Assembly: GCA_023382455.1 (NCBI GenBank)
Contig: JAHDVX010000009.1
Coordinates: 16,701 to 80,700, forward strand
From: Flavobacteriales bacterium
GTDB lineage: Bacteria; Bacteroidota; Bacteroidia; Flavobacteriales_F; PHOS-HE28
Direction of reading: 5' to 3'
Length of the DNA stretch: 64,000 bases
In this document: piece by piece, positions 31,450 to 41,100 of the stretch
How the letters are laid out: each line of letters starts with the position of its first letter
Numbering within the stretch: the stretch's first letter is position 1
Program-made: the position numbers and the translations under genes
Notes under the pieces: model-generated
Seen by the model: only the letters and a program-made list of their open reading frames with translations
Databases searched by the model: none
Told to the model about the DNA's origin: nothing

Positions 31450-32150
31450 CAGAGGGTCCAGTTGATCGGCACGCCGCCCTGGGCCTCCAGGATCTCGTTC
31501 GCCTGCCGGAAATGCCCGCAACCCAGAAAGCCCCGATGGGCCGAGAGCGGGGAGGGGTGGGGGGCCTTCAGCACGTAGTGCCGGTCCGGGTCGATCAAGG
31601 CCTCCTTCGATTGCGCATGGCGGCCCCACAGCAGGAAGACGATGCCGGAGCGTTCACGTGAAAGCGCACTGATGGCCGCATCGGTGAACCGCTCCCAGCC
31701 CTGCCCGGCGTGTGATGCGGGTTCGCCGGCGCGCACGGTCAACGTGGTGTTCAGCAGCAGCACGCCCTGTGCGGCCCAGGGGCTCAGGTCCCCGTTGCGG
31801 GGCTGGAAATCGCCGTGGTCGCGCTGGATCTCCTTGAGGATGTTCTGCAGCGATGGCGGCGCGGGCACGCCATCGGGCACCGAGAAGCAGAGCCCGTGCG
31901 CCTGCCCGGGGCCGTGGTACGGGTCCTGCCCCAGGATCACCACGCGCACGGCATCGAACGGGGTGAGCTGGAAGGCGCGCAGGATATCACCGCCCCGGGG
32001 ATACACCGTATGCCGGGCGCGTTCGGTCACCAGGAAGCGCTTCAGGTCGGCGAAATAGGGGGCGCCGAACTCCGCTTCCAGCCATTGGAGCCAGTCGGGA
32101 TCCAGGGCCGGTATTTGCGGAGGATCAGGGGGAAGCGGGCTGCTGGTCAT
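31449..32150 (-). CDS. ung: uracil-DNA glycosylase
   Basis: LQWLEAEFGAPYFADLKRFL..., GQDPYHGPGQAHGLCFSV and HPSPLSAHRGF are canonical family-1 UDG motifs. The true start is at MTSSPLPP. Confidence 0.9.
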   Translation of the reverse strand: MTSSPLPPDPPQIPALDPDWLQWLEAEFGAPYFADLKRFLVTERARHTVYPRGGDILRAFQLTPFDAVRVVILGQDPYHGPGQAHGLCFSVPDGVPAPPSLQNILKEIQRDHGDFQPRNGDLSPWAAQGVLLLNTTLTVRAGEPASHAGQGWERFTDAAISALSRERSGIVFLLWGRHAQSKEALIDPDRHYVLKAPHPSPLSAHRGFLGCGHFRQANEILEAQGGVPINWTL

Positions 32151-32250
32151 GGCGATCAAAATGATTCCTCCGTCGATCGTTGAAACATTTTGGACGGGAA
32201 CAAGGTAATAGGGGCTACTTTTGAGAGGTTGATACAGCACACGAGCAACG

Positions 32251-32379
32251 ATGAAAAAGCTCTTCAAGGTATTCGCGGTCCTGGCAGTGGCAAGCCTGCT
32301 GTTCAGTGCATGCAAGTCGGTCCACTCCTGCCCGGCCTACGGCAAGGTGGTGAAACCTTCCGCTGAGCGCGCGAGCTGA
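32251..32379 (+). CDS. small putative lipoprotein (42 aa)
   Basis: MKKLFKVFAVLAVASLLFSACKSVHSCPAYGKVVKPSAERAS has a classic signal peptide and lipobox. It is below the ORF-track size cutoff, so the call is speculative. Confidence 0.35.
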   Translation: MKKLFKVFAVLAVASLLFSACKSVHSCPAYGKVVKPSAERAS

Positions 32380-32439
32380 GGTGCATTCCTGCATCAATTC
32401 CCGGCCCGGACCCGTTCCGGGCTTTCCCGTTTTATAGGG

Positions 32440-32847
32440 TCACTTGTAGGTGAAGGTCACTTCCTGCTTCAGGGCGGGGCTCAGGCTTTGGGCCACCGGG
32501 CAGGTGCGGGCGGCATGCTCCAGGATGCTCCGCTGGCGTTGGTCCAAATGGCTGCCGTCCAGTTCAAAATGCAGTTCAACGCGAGCCACCCGGCGCGGAT
32601 CGGCGGCCATGTGCTTCACCACGCGCGCGGTCAGCCCGGTCAAGGGGATCTGCTTGGCCTCGGCGGCGATCCCCATCAGGGTCATCATGCAGCAGGCCAG
32701 CGAAGTGCTCATCAGGTCGGTGGGGCTGAAGGCTTCACCCTTTCCGTGGTTGTCCACCGGGGCGTCGGTGATGATCCGTTCCCCGCTGCGCAGGTGGGTG
32801 GCCTCGGTGCGAAGCCCGCCCAAATAGGTCACGTGTGCGGTATCCAT
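32440..32847 (-). CDS. OsmC/Ohr-family peroxiredoxin-like protein
   Basis: ~135 aa with paired Cys residues (SLACCMMT ... ARTCPV) typical of OsmC. The true start is at MDTAHVTYLGG. Confidence 0.7.
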   Translation of the reverse strand: MDTAHVTYLGGLRTEATHLRSGERIITDAPVDNHGKGEAFSPTDLMSTSLACCMMTLMGIAAEAKQIPLTGLTARVVKHMAADPRRVARVELHFELDGSHLDQRQRSILEHAARTCPVAQSLSPALKQEVTFTYK

Positions 32848-32947
32848 GGCGCGAAGGAACGAAGCTTCCTCCGGGATCTTACCGCCCGCGTTGCCACGGT
32901 GTTCCGGTCCTGCTCCTTCCTCCGTAGCTTTGAGGGCCCCTACCGCC

Positions 32948-33709
32948 ATGCTGCGCACCGCATTGCTGCTCCTTTTGGCCACCTTGGTGGCCGGTCTGCG
33001 CGCGCAATCGCAGGAAAGCATGTACGACGACCCTGCCCGCACGCTGTATTCCCATGAGCTCTACGGCGGGCCCATGATCCATGGCAGCGGCTGGGGCGTC
33101 ACCTTCCAGTACGGCAAGTACGCCACCGCCAAGGACCGCCACATGTTCGGGATCGATATCGTTTCGATGAAGCATCCCAAGGAGATCAAGAGCTTCAATC
33201 CCAACTACCAGGACGCGCGCGGCTATTTCTACGGCAAGCTCAACAGCCTGGTGGTGGTGCGGCCCACCTACGGGCGCAAGCACCGCATCGCGGAAAAGAT
33301 CCGCAAAAGCGCCGTGGAGGTCAACTATGTCTGGGGCATCGGCCCTTCCCTGGGGCTGCTCAAGCCGGTGTACCTGCAGATCGGTGAGCCGGCCTTCCCT
33401 TACCAGTACATCGTGACCGAGCGGTACGACCCGGCCAGGCATTTCGCGGACAATATCTTCGGCCGGGCCTCGTGGTTCAAGGGCCTGGGCGAGATGAAGC
33501 TCTATCCGGGCGCCTTCGGGCGCTTCGCCTTCAATTTCGAATATGCCGGCAACAACACCGGCATTCGTGCCCTGGAGGCTGGGGTCACCATGGATGCCTA
33601 CGGGGAGAAGCTTCCCCAGATGGCCGACCTGGAGGGGCAGGACTACAACAAGCAATTCTTCCTGGACTTCTACTTGGCGCTGCACTTCGGTGCGAAGAAG
33701 ATACGATGA
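32948..33709 (+). CDS. hypothetical secreted protein (253 aa), aromatic-rich and beta-rich
   Basis: Signal peptide [20 protein letters not shown]. Its stop overlaps the lipA start (ATGA). No family is recognised. Confidence 0.5.
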   Translation: MLRTALLLLLATLVAGLRAQSQESMYDDPARTLYSHELYGGPMIHGSGWGVTFQYGKYATAKDRHMFGIDIVSMKHPKEIKSFNPNYQDARGYFYGKLNSLVVVRPTYGRKHRIAEKIRKSAVEVNYVWGIGPSLGLLKPVYLQIGEPAFPYQYIVTERYDPARHFADNIFGRASWFKGLGEMKLYPGAFGRFAFNFEYAGNNTGIRALEAGVTMDAYGEKLPQMADLEGQDYNKQFFLDFYLALHFGAKKIR

Positions 33710-34581
33710 GCGAGATCACCGGGGCCGTTGCCGGACCGGCGCGGCGCAAACCTGAATGGCTGCGCGTGAAGCTGGCCAACGGCGAGAACTACAAGCGCGT
33801 GCGGGCGATCGTGAACGAGCACCGGCTGCACACCATCTGCCAAAGCGGCAACTGCCCGAACAAGGCCGAATGCTGGGGCGCGGGTTCCGCCACGTTCATG
33901 ATCCTGGGCAACACGTGCACGCGTTCCTGCGGCTTCTGCAACGTGGCCACCGGAAGGCCCGATGCGGAGGATCCCTTCGAGCCGGCGCGGGTCTCCCGCT
34001 CCGTGGAGCTCATGGGCGTGAAGCACTGCGTGATCACCTCCGTGGACCGGGACGACCTGCCCGACGGCGGGGCCAACACGTGGGCGCGCACCATCCGCTC
34101 GGTGCGCCGGCGTTGTCCGCAAACGAAGCTCGAGACACTGATCCCCGATTTCAAGGGGGAATGGCACAATCTGGCCATCGTGCTGGCCGAACGTCCCGAG
34201 GTGCTCAGCCACAATGTGGAGACCGTACGCCGCCTCACCCGCAAAGTGCGCGTGCAGGCCAAGTACGACCGCAGCCTCGAGGTGCTGATGCGCGCCAAGC
34301 GCGAGGGCCTGCGTACCAAGAGCGGCATCATGCTCGGCCTCGGTGAGCGGGACCATGAGGTGCTGGAGACCATGGACGACCTGCGCAGCGTGGGCTGCGA
34401 CGTGCTCACCATCGGGCAGTACCTCCAACCTTCAAGGAAGCACTTGCCCGTGGTGGAGTATTCGCATCCCGACCGCTTCCGGAAGTTCCGCGAGGAAGGC
34501 CTCATGCGCGGCTTCCTGTTCGTGGAAAGCGGCCCCCTGGTGCGAAGCAGCTACCATGCCTGGAAACACGCCAATGGATAG
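33706..34581 (+). CDS. lipA: lipoyl synthase
   Basis: [13 protein letters not shown] and [10 protein letters not shown] Fe-S/radical-SAM motifs, and a ~290-aa size. Confidence 0.92.
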   Translation: MSEITGAVAGPARRKPEWLRVKLANGENYKRVRAIVNEHRLHTICQSGNCPNKAECWGAGSATFMILGNTCTRSCGFCNVATGRPDAEDPFEPARVSRSVELMGVKHCVITSVDRDDLPDGGANTWARTIRSVRRRCPQTKLETLIPDFKGEWHNLAIVLAERPEVLSHNVETVRRLTRKVRVQAKYDRSLEVLMRAKREGLRTKSGIMLGLGERDHEVLETMDDLRSVGCDVLTIGQYLQPSRKHLPVVEYSHPDRFRKFREEGLMRGFLFVESGPLVRSSYHAWKHANG

Positions 34582-34638
34582 GGCGCGAACCAATCACCCA
34601 GCCAACTGTTCAACCGATCGAACCCCCACCATACAGTC

Positions 34639-35643
34639 ATGAGCAACCTCCGCATCGCCATCAACGGCTTCGGGCGCATCGGCCGCATCACCACCCGTAT
34701 CCTGCTGCAGCGCGATGGCCTGGAGCTGGTGGCCGTGAACGACCTCGCCGACACACGCACGCTCGCACACCTGTTCAAGTACGATTCGGTGCATGGCCGG
34801 TTTTCGGAAGAGGTGGGCAGCGATGCCGACCACCTTTTCATCGGGGGGCGCAAGGTGAAGGTGTTCGCCAAAGCGGACCCGGCCGAGTTGCCATGGAAGG
34901 AGCTGGGTATTGATGTGGTGATCGAATGCACCGGCCACTTCCTTACGCAGGAACTCGCGGGAAAGCACCTGCATGCCGGTGCCAGGAAGGTGGTGCTCTC
35001 CGCGCCCGCCAAGGACAAGACCACCAAGACCGTGGTGCTTGGCGTGAACGACGGGATATTGGATGGTAACGAGGACATCATCAGCAACGCCAGCTGCACC
35101 ACCAACTGCGCCGCGCCCATGATCCTTGGCCTTGATGAGCTTTGCGGCATCGAGGACGGCTTCATCAGCACGGTGCACAGCTACACCAGCGACCAACGCC
35201 TCCACGACGCACCGCACCGCGACCTGCGCCGTGCGCGCGCCGCCGCCGTCAGCATCATCCCCACCACCACCGGCGCGGCCAAGGCCGTCACGCGCGTGCT
35301 GCCCAAGCTGGACGGCCGCCTGGGCGGCACCGGCATCCGCGTGCCCGTGCCGGACGGGTCCATCACCGACATCGCCTGCCGCGTGCGCAACCTCAAGAGC
35401 GAGGAGGAGATCAACGCCTACTTCAAGGAGCTTGCCGAAGGCCGCATGAAAGGCATCCTGCGCTACACCGAGGATCCCATCGTGGGCGTGGACATCGTGG
35501 GCGATCCCGCCAGCTGCATTTTCGACGCCAAGCTCACCAGCGTGGTGGGCAATATGGTGAAGATCATGGGCTGGTACGACAACGAGTACGGATACAGCGC
35601 CCGCCTGGTGGACCTGGTGGAGCGCCTGGGAGGGAAGAGATAA
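34639..35643 (+). CDS. gap: type I glyceraldehyde-3-phosphate dehydrogenase
   Basis: INGFGRIGR NAD-binding motif, ASCTTNCAAP active site, and WYDNEYGYS near the C-terminus. Confidence 0.95.
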   Translation: MSNLRIAINGFGRIGRITTRILLQRDGLELVAVNDLADTRTLAHLFKYDSVHGRFSEEVGSDADHLFIGGRKVKVFAKADPAELPWKELGIDVVIECTGHFLTQELAGKHLHAGARKVVLSAPAKDKTTKTVVLGVNDGILDGNEDIISNASCTTNCAAPMILGLDELCGIEDGFISTVHSYTSDQRLHDAPHRDLRRARAAAVSIIPTTTGAAKAVTRVLPKLDGRLGGTGIRVPVPDGSITDIACRVRNLKSEEEINAYFKELAEGRMKGILRYTEDPIVGVDIVGDPASCIFDAKLTSVVGNMVKIMGWYDNEYGYSARLVDLVERLGGKR

Positions 35644-35648
35644 CAGCC

Positions 35649-36521
35649 CTACACCGCCGGTCCGCCCGTGATCCGCACATCCGTGGAAAGCGGCCCGTCT
35701 CCCTTGCGCTTCATCAGCTTCAGTCCATTGCCGTCAAACACGGCATAGGTGAAGTGGGTGATCCAGTCGCCCAGGTTAATGTAGCGAGCATGGTTGCCGA
35801 TAGGCCTGGCCGCCGGGCCCTCCCTTCCTGCTCCCGCCGGGTCTCCTGCAAGGGACCCTGCAGCATGCTTCACTTCCATGTCCACCGGTAAATGCCGGTG
35901 GCCGAAAATGAAGAAGTCGAAGTGCTCCTTCCGCAGCAATTCCCCGCAGTATTGCACCAGCCATTCCTTGTCGGCGCCCAGCCACTTACGGTCGTTCTCG
36001 TAGCTCTTTTTCCGGCTGCGCCCGCTCCAGAAGTCGCCCAGCCACAGCGCGAAGTTGGGGTGCAGCCGGGCGAAGAGCCATTGGCACACCGGGTTGCGGA
36101 AGACCTGCTTGATGAATTTGTAGCCGTGGTCGCCGGGGCCCAGCCCGTCGCCGTGCCCGATCAGGAAGCGCTTGCCCCCGATCTCGCGCACCACCGGCTC
36201 CCGGTGCAGGACCACGCCGGTCTCCTTCGGCAGGTAATCGAAGATCCACATGTCGTGGTTGCCGATGAAGAGATGCACCGGCAGTCCTCGGTCCGTGAGC
36301 TCGGCCAATTTGCCCAGCAGGCGGGTGAAACCGCGCGGCACGGCCTTTTTCCACTCGAACCAGAAGTCGAAGAGGTCGCCCAGCAGAATGATCTCCGCCG
36401 CGTCCTTGGCCGCCTCGTCCAGGAAGGCCGTGATACGCTTTTCGCGCACCAGGCTGCTTTCCGCATCGGGTGCACCAAGGTGGAAATCGCTCAGGAAATA
36501 GATCTTCCGGCCGGGCTGCAT
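35649..36521 (-). CDS. calcineurin-like metallophosphoesterase, UDP-2,3-diacylglucosamine diphosphatase (LpxH)-like
   Basis: The motifs SDFHLG, LGDLFDFW, GNHD and GHGD are present. Confidence 0.6.
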   Translation of the reverse strand: MQPGRKIYFLSDFHLGAPDAESSLVREKRITAFLDEAAKDAAEIILLGDLFDFWFEWKKAVPRGFTRLLGKLAELTDRGLPVHLFIGNHDMWIFDYLPKETGVVLHREPVVREIGGKRFLIGHGDGLGPGDHGYKFIKQVFRNPVCQWLFARLHPNFALWLGDFWSGRSRKKSYENDRKWLGADKEWLVQYCGELLRKEHFDFFIFGHRHLPVDMEVKHAAGSLAGDPAGAGREGPAARPIGNHARYINLGDWITHFTYAVFDGNGLKLMKRKGDGPLSTDVRITGGPAV

Positions 36522-36552
36522 CGGGCCCAAAGATGGCAACGGGAAGCACGCG

Positions 36553-37971
36553 CTACTTCAGGGCCTCCTCGATCAGTGGCCCTGCGGCCTCTGCGCCCAT
36601 CACGTTGGGGTCGATGAAACGACCTTCCCGGTCCAGCAGCACATAGTGCGGGATGCCGTCGAAGTTGAAGGCCTTCCGTATGGCGTTGGACTGCTCTTCC
36701 GTGGCAAACAGGTTGTGGCCCGGCGGCTGCTCCTTGCGCAGGTAGCCGCGCCAACGCTCCGGCGTGTCGTTCACGTTCACGAAGAGGAAGGCAACGTCCG
36801 TGCGGCCCTTGTATTCTTCCGTCAAGGCGTACGACTTCGGCAGGGATACCCTGCATGGCGCGCACCACGTGGCCCAGAAATCGATGAAGACCACTTTGCC
36901 GCGGAAGGAGGAAAGCTTCACCTCCAGGCCCGCGCTGTCCACCAGGGCGGCGTCCGGTGCCGGTTGGCCCGGTGCCACTTGCTTGGCCACCTGGAGCAGG
37001 CGGTCGATGATCGCAACATACTCCGGGTTGCGGCAGGTCGTGCGGTAATCCCCCACCAGGGAATCCAGGAATGCGGGCGGTACCTGCCCCTGTTCAATGC
37101 GGCCCTTCATGAAGGAGGTCAACTGGTGGTCCAGCACCTTGCCGGTGAATGTGCCCTTGCGGAAGTTGTAGTTCCCGCGGATCCAGGCCTTCCGTTGCTC
37201 CTCCTTGGGCAGGGAGTCGTTCCAGTTGAATTTGCTGTCGTGCAGGGTGCTGAGGTAGCGGTCCAAGGCGAGCGCGTAGGTGCCGTTGTCCGCGGCGGCC
37301 TGGTCGTTCCGATCGATCGCATCGAGGAAATCAAAATATCCCGGCGGCACTTCCTTCGTGTAGAATTCCTTCTTCTCCCGGTTGTATCCCACCTGGAACA
37401 TGTACCGGGGATTGACGAAGCGGTATTGCAGTTCGGGCCGCATGTAGTCCCGGAATGCTTGGCTCATGCCCGGCTTGTCGTAGCGTTTCCACAAGGCATT
37501 GCTCAGGCGTTCCACGCTGTCCACGAACAGCTTGTATTTATTGCCGTCGGAATAGGCCATGTAGGTGCTGGCGGCGTATCCAAAATTCCCCAGGACATCG
37601 GCGGCCAGGTAGTTGTTCGCCTCGGCCCCCTTGCCGCTGTAATGCAGCGTGGAATCGAAGCGGGCATAGTCCACGGTGAAGTGGAGGCTGTCGCCCGGGG
37701 AAAGGAACAGTTTCGTGTATTGATCGGCGATGGTCAGGGAAGCCGGTTTGGCCGCATCCCATGGAATGCGGAAGGCGAAATGCCCGCTGCTGTCCAGCAG
37801 GGTGGAGGCCGCCGTGACCTCCGTGTATTCGATGGTGTTGTTGTAGAACGTGATGCGGACCGCGGCTGCGTCCGGAGCATGCTTCACGTCCCCTGAAAGA
37901 TAAACCTGCCCAAAGGCGGTGGCGGTGCCCAAAAGCAGGGCGGCGGCAAGCGCATTCCGTGGATTGTTCAT
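36553..37971 (-). CDS. TlpA-like thiol:disulfide oxidoreductase (redoxin fold) with a long N-terminal domain
   Basis: Signal peptide MNNPRNALAAALLLGTATAFGQ, and a C-terminal FWATWCAPCR thioredoxin CxxC motif. The ORF track starts 119 codons upstream in low-complexity sequence. Confidence 0.7.
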   Translation of the reverse strand: MNNPRNALAAALLLGTATAFGQVYLSGDVKHAPDAAAVRITFYNNTIEYTEVTAASTLLDSSGHFAFRIPWDAAKPASLTIADQYTKLFLSPGDSLHFTVDYARFDSTLHYSGKGAEANNYLAADVLGNFGYAASTYMAYSDGNKYKLFVDSVERLSNALWKRYDKPGMSQAFRDYMRPELQYRFVNPRYMFQVGYNREKKEFYTKEVPPGYFDFLDAIDRNDQAAADNGTYALALDRYLSTLHDSKFNWNDSLPKEEQRKAWIRGNYNFRKGTFTGKVLDHQLTSFMKGRIEQGQVPPAFLDSLVGDYRTTCRNPEYVAIIDRLLQVAKQVAPGQPAPDAALVDSAGLEVKLSSFRGKVVFIDFWATWCAPCRVSLPKSYALTEEYKGRTDVAFLFVNVNDTPERWRGYLRKEQPPGHNLFATEEQSNAIRKAFNFDGIPHYVLLDREGRFIDPNVMGAEAAGPLIEEALK

Positions 37972-38032
37972 GATGTTCGGGGGATTGTCGGGCCCGCGAA
38001 GGCCAAGGTAGGGGCTTCGCACCGGCCGGGGG

Positions 38033-41000
38033 TCAATGCGGCAGTTCCCGCACCGCCCGCGTGGGATCGAGCTTCTCCAGGGCCAGCACGAAGCGGATCC
38101 TATCGGTGAAGGTGAAGCCGCGCAGGTCCTGTTCCTTTTGGATGTCGTCCGAGAAGGCCAAGGGCACCCACATCTCCACCCGGTCGCGCCAGATGCGCAC
38201 GCCGATCCCCGCCTCCCAGTTGCCGCGCCAGTCCGTGCTTTTTCCGGTCGGGGTGACCACCGTGACCGGGGCCGCGCCATAGCTGGCGAAGGCGGTGAGC
38301 GGCAAGGCGAAGGGGAAATCGGCCTCAAGGTTCATTGCGGCGATCCACGTGTCGCTGGTGCCCACGGCCGTAGGTGTACGGAATCCGCCCTGCTCAATGT
38401 TGAACTGGGCCGCGGTGTTCTGCCCCGTGTATTGCCGGTCGATGTAGAGGTGGTCGTACAACAGGCCGCTGCTGCCCCAATACATCCGCCAGCCCATCGC
38501 GGGTTGCATCAGCGCGCGGTCCTTGCGGAGGAAGGTGCCGGCAAAGGCGCGAATGGAGATGCGGTGTTTCCGCTCGTCATAGATCGCGCTCCACTCGGCA
38601 TCCATCGCGATCCGGTTGAATGCCTCGCTGTTGAGCGAGACCAAGGAGATGTCGAACGGATTGAAGCCGGTGGTGCGGGATAGTTTCACGCTCGCCTCGT
38701 GATAGATGCTTCGATCCGTGAGGTCAATGGGCTGCGGTCCGTCCGTGGTTTCGAGATTGCCCTGCGCATGCTCCCAGAGCAGGATGCTGCGGTAGCCGAT
38801 GGAGGCCCCGGCCCCGGTAGGCTTCAGCCGCGGGTACAGCGTGACCGACGGTACCAGGCGCTGGTACCACTGTTCCACGGCGCTGGCGTTGTAAAGGGAT
38901 GCCGAGAAGCCCGATAGCCCGACCTGGATGTTCCGGAGCAGCTTGCTGCGCAGGCGGTCCTGGTGCCAGGTGATCCGGGCACCTCCGGCGAGCCTGCCGC
39001 TGCCGAGCCCGTATAGCGGGGCCGCCACCCATTCCAATTGTTGCGAGGGGAAGGTGGTGTTGTGCAATGCCAGCCCGGCCATCCAACCGTCGTGCGTGTT
39101 GTAGCCTACAGCGGGCAACCAATGGATGCTTCGCCGATCATCCTGCTCCAGCCCGAGGAGGAATTGGGTGGCCGGCAACCGGGAACGCTTCAACAAGGCC
39201 GAACGGTGCACCTCGTTGTTCCGGCGGTCGATGTCCAGCGTACGTTTTCCGGCATCGATCCGGACTCGGGTGGCATCGCGCCAAGGCAGTTCCGCCGTGT
39301 TGCGCCCGGGGCTGCTGTCCAACCAGACGGTGCCCAGACTATCCGCGCCGTTCCATGCCGTCACGGGGAAGGGAAAGCCCTTCGCGGCGGAGGACCGCCA
39401 CATGAACATTCCGCCTTTCAGCCTGCGGGCCTTGAGGTCCACCTTGTCCGCAGTGCCGATCAATTCCCCGAAGCACCAATCGAGGTTCTCGCCGCTTGCT
39501 GCTTCATAGCTGGCCCGTAAATCGGCGGGTTGCGGATGCCGCATGGCCCATCGGTGGAAGTAGGCTTGCGTGCAGGAATCGAACCGCGCAGGGCCGAGGG
39601 AGGCGAAGAGCTGGTCGAATACCAGCGCGCTCTTGGCATAGACCGTGGTGCCATAGTCCAGTTCGCTGAATGCGGTGGACGTGCTGCCCGTTGGGGAATC
39701 CCAATTGCGCCGGGCATTGAAGCGGTACATCAGTTCGTTCTGGTAGCGATAATTGACGCCCTTGCCTTTGTTGATGATCGCGATAGGGAATCCGCTGACA
39801 TCCCTTTCCAGTATGTTCGTATAGCGCTCGCGCATGTAGCGCATCTCGAAGAAGCTGTTCATGCCCTCGTCCATCCACGGATGGTCGCGCTCGTTGCTGG
39901 CCAGCATGCCGTAGAACCAATTGTGGCCCACCTCGTGTGCGATCACCTGGTCCAGGCTGCGCTTGCTGCCCATGTTCCCGATGATGGTGATCATCGGGTA
40001 CTCCATGCCGCCGCCGGCCGCAATGGTGCCGTCCACGGCCGTGCATCGCGCATAGCGGTAGTCGCCCACCCACTGGCTGTACAGGCGCACGCTTTCATTC
40101 ACGTATGTGATGGCATCCGCCCAGAGCCCGGCGTTGGCGGGGGTGAAGAGCACTTGCGTTTCCACAGTGCGGCCGGTGTGGGGCAAGGTCACTTCCCCGG
40201 TGCGCACCAGGAAGCGCTTGTCTGCGAACCACGCGAAATCATGCACGCTGTCCTGCATGAACCGCAGGGTCTTGCTGCGTTTGGCCGAGGGTGGGAATAC
40301 ATTGGATCCGGCCTTGGGCATGGGAAGTGCGGCCAGCGAATCCATCCAGGCCTCTTCCGCCGGGTTGTCCTTCAGAATACCTGTGGCACCTACCACGTAG
40401 TTCGTCGGAAGGGTGACCGTCACATCAAAGGAGCCGAACTCGGAATAGAATTCGCCCTGTGAGAGATAGGGCATGGCATGCCATCCTTGTGCGTCGTAAA
40501 CCGCGGGTTTGGGATACCACTGCGTGATGTAGTAAGCCTGTCCGGTATGCCCCAGCCGGGAAAACCGGGCATCCGGCACCTTTACCCGGAACGGGGTGGA
40601 GATGGTTACCGTACCGCCTGGCTTGAGCGGTTCAGCCAGGACAACCCAAGCGATGTCGGGGTTGTTGGCTTGAAGCCCCCACGCCAATCGCTGCCCATTG
40701 CCGTGAAAGTCCAGGCTATCGATGAAGCCGCGTTCCTCTGGGGAAGCGAAGTGAAGGTCGAAGTCGTTCTGGCTGTCGTGCTGCCAGCATAGCGCTGTAT
40801 TACGGCTTCCGTATGCGTTGGGCCACAGATGGATCCACAACGTGTCCAAGGCCGTCGGTGAATGATTGGTGTAATCAAACTCCTCCGTGGCGTGCAGCAT
40901 GTGCGCGGCATCGTCCAACCGTACCTGGATCCGGTAGCCCACTTGCTGCTGGAAGTAGCCTTGGCCCAAGACCGCCACTTCACCGAAAAGCGTTGTGAGC

Positions 41001-41044
41001 ACCACGCACAGAAGGCGGAAAGGAGCCGGAAGGTTCAACTGCAT
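38033..41044 (-). CDS. M1-family zinc metallopeptidase with a ~570-aa C-terminal extension of unknown function
   Basis: Signal peptide, HEVGHNWFYG...DEGMNSF (HEXXH-X18-E), and a C-terminal half rich in alternating aromatic/beta-like segments. Confidence 0.75.
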   Translation of the reverse strand: MQLNLPAPFRLLCVVLTTLFGEVAVLGQGYFQQQVGYRIQVRLDDAAHMLHATEEFDYTNHSPTALDTLWIHLWPNAYGSRNTALCWQHDSQNDFDLHFASPEERGFIDSLDFHGNGQRLAWGLQANNPDIAWVVLAEPLKPGGTVTISTPFRVKVPDARFSRLGHTGQAYYITQWYPKPAVYDAQGWHAMPYLSQGEFYSEFGSFDVTVTLPTNYVVGATGILKDNPAEEAWMDSLAALPMPKAGSNVFPPSAKRSKTLRFMQDSVHDFAWFADKRFLVRTGEVTLPHTGRTVETQVLFTPANAGLWADAITYVNESVRLYSQWVGDYRYARCTAVDGTIAAGGGMEYPMITIIGNMGSKRSLDQVIAHEVGHNWFYGMLASNERDHPWMDEGMNSFFEMRYMRERYTNILERDVSGFPIAIINKGKGVNYRYQNELMYRFNARRNWDSPTGSTSTAFSELDYGTTVYAKSALVFDQLFASLGPARFDSCTQAYFHRWAMRHPQPADLRASYEAASGENLDWCFGELIGTADKVDLKARRLKGGMFMWRSSAAKGFPFPVTAWNGADSLGTVWLDSSPGRNTAELPWRDATRVRIDAGKRTLDIDRRNNEVHRSALLKRSRLPATQFLLGLEQDDRRSIHWLPAVGYNTHDGWMAGLALHNTTFPSQQLEWVAAPLYGLGSGRLAGGARITWHQDRLRSKLLRNIQVGLSGFSASLYNASAVEQWYQRLVPSVTLYPRLKPTGAGASIGYRSILLWEHAQGNLETTDGPQPIDLTDRSIYHEASVKLSRTTGFNPFDISLVSLNSEAFNRIAMDAEWSAIYDERKHRISIRAFAGTFLRKDRALMQPAMGWRMYWGSSGLLYDHLYIDRQYTGQNTAAQFNIEQGGFRTPTAVGTSDTWIAAMNLEADFPFALPLTAFASYGAAPVTVVTPTGKSTDWRGNWEAGIGVRIWRDRVEMWVPLAFSDDIQKEQDLRGFTFTDRIRFVLALEKLDPTRAVRELPH

Positions 41045-41100
41045 CTTGTGAAAACTGCCCCTGCCTACTGCGCCTGCCTACTGCCCCTGCCAACTGCCCC

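Noticed and set aside
38033-41044. T9SS C-terminal domain on the second M1 peptidase
   Set aside because: The C-terminus (…FTFTDRIRFVLALEKLDPTRAVRELPH) lacks the conserved type-A or type-B CTD motifs seen in the genes at 8684, 15606 and 63733
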